Origin: Candidatus Nanohaloarchaea archaeon
GTDB taxonomy: Archaea > Nanohalarchaeota > Nanosalinia > Nanosalinales > Nanosalinaceae
Assembly (NCBI GenBank): GCA_042217585.1
Contig: JBDGSJ010000014.1
Coordinates: 1-45,069, forward strand
Length of the DNA stretch: 45,069 nucleotides
Reading direction: 5' to 3'
This document shows, one piece after another, positions 44,163-45,069 of the stretch (position 1 is the stretch's first letter; each line of letters begins with the position of its first letter). Made by a program: the position numbers and the translations under genes. The notes beneath the pieces are model-generated. The model was not told the origin of the DNA. It made no database searches and was given only the letters and a program-made list of their open reading frames with translations.

Positions 44163-44570
44163 ATGTCCGAGAACAGGAAGCTGGTGGAGGAGACCGTCAG
44201 GGCAAACCCGGGGATAGGTTTCCAGGAGCTGAAGGAGAGGACCGGGCTTCCGACGGGAGTGGTCCAGTACCACGTGAGGAAGTCTGAGGACCTTGTCAGG
44301 AGGAAGAAGGCCATTCTTCCGAAGGACCGGTGCAAGGAGTGCGTTTTCGGGGGTTTATGCAGGGATAAGTGTTCCCACAAGATCCTGAGGAAGGACCTTG
44401 ACCGGGAGATAATCGAGATGCTTGAGGAGGGACGGAAGCAGTCGGAGATCGCGGAGGAGCTGGACCTGGACAGGTCCACTGTGAGCTACCACGTGAAGAA
44501 GCTCCGGGAAAACAACCTGCTTGAGGGCGACGAGTTGACTCCCGAGGTCCGTGAAGTGCTGGAGATCTGA
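44163..44570 (+). CDS. Double winged-HTH protein with central Cys4 motif
   Basis: NPGIGFQELKERTGLPTGVVQYHV, CKECVFGGLCRDKC, QSEIAEELDLDRSTVSYHVKKL. Confidence 0.88.
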   Translation: MSENRKLVEETVRANPGIGFQELKERTGLPTGVVQYHVRKSEDLVRRKKAILPKDRCKECVFGGLCRDKCSHKILRKDLDREIIEMLEEGRKQSEIAEELDLDRSTVSYHVKKLRENNLLEGDELTPEVREVLEI

Positions 44571-44635
44571 AGGTTTGAATTTTCTACTATAGCTCTTTAA
44601 CCGGGAGACCTGTCAATTCGTTTCAGGGTGATAAT

Positions 44636-45069
44636 CTGACTTTCGAAGACCTTGAGGGAAGGACGGCGATCGTCACGGGCGGTTCCTCGGGCATAGGCAG
44701 GGGTATCTGCCTCAGGCTTGCCGACGAGGGAGCAAACGTGGCGGTCGCGGACCTCAGGAGAGGCCCTCTTGAGGGCGGAAAACCGACGGACGAGAAAATA
44801 GAGGATGAGGGAGGAAGCGCAGTCTTCCTTGAGACCGATGTCTCCGACGAATATTCTGTGAGGTCGACGGTCCAGGACGCGGTCGAGGAGTTCGGCGAGG
44901 TGGACCTGCTCGTCAACAACGCCGGCGTTCACCACTCCGCATCGGTGACCGAGGAAACGCTGGAGGGTTTCCACGAGATAATAGACGTCAACCTGAGGGG
45001 GACCTTCCTGATGAGCAAACATGTCCTCCGGCACATGACCGAGCAGGGGCTGGAAGGTGACGTCGTCAA
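44636..45069 (+). CDS. Short-chain dehydrogenase/reductase, truncated by the window end, probable CTG start
   Basis: Hand translation gives (M)TFEDLEGRTAIVTGGSSGIGRGIC...VAVADL...TDVSD...VDLLVNNAG...VNLRGTF. Not in the ORF track. Confidence 0.92.
   Translation, partial: MTFEDLEGRTAIVTGGSSGIGRGICLRLADEGANVAVADLRRGPLEGGKPTDEKIEDEGGSAVFLETDVSDEYSVRSTVQDAVEEFGEVDLLVNNAGVHHSASVTEETLEGFHEIIDVNLRGTFLMSKHVLRHMTEQGLEGDVV

Overview
Gene-dense, GC-rich (roughly 55-60% by eye) archaeal chromosome segment with a very acidic proteome, TTTA(A/T)A-type TATA boxes about 25 nt before mostly leaderless starts, and very short spacers. This best fits a Nanohaloarchaeota (DPANN) halophilic symbiont (inference). 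It carries the conserved translation/secretion gene string (rpl18a/LX-pfdA-ftsY ... ffh ... pus10-rpl21e-rpoF-DUF655-ksgA ... hemK2) broken by insertions. It also has pyrG, a 934-aa glycosylated surface protein, a type IV pilus-type ATPase coupled to a huge acidic wHTH protein, a prepilin peptidase, an archaeo/exosortase, DUF460, Hef, a HerA-like ATPase, TraB, the SRP RNA, tRNA-Cys, cysS, ileS, ilvE, thiI, a histone and an SDR cut by the window end. No transposase, integrase, CRISPR array or rRNA was seen. The most unusual signals are an SRP RNA with no helix 6 and a UGGC instead of GNRA helix-8 tetraloop, and a tandem pair of paralogous microproteins (with and without a C2H2 finger) around a palindrome-rich spacer. 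Also notable are a histone lacking tetramerisation residues with a candidate operator, an A18/G55 tRNA elbow, a probable CUG start, and several enzymes that have lost catalytic residues. All family calls come from motif recognition by eye; no database search was run.
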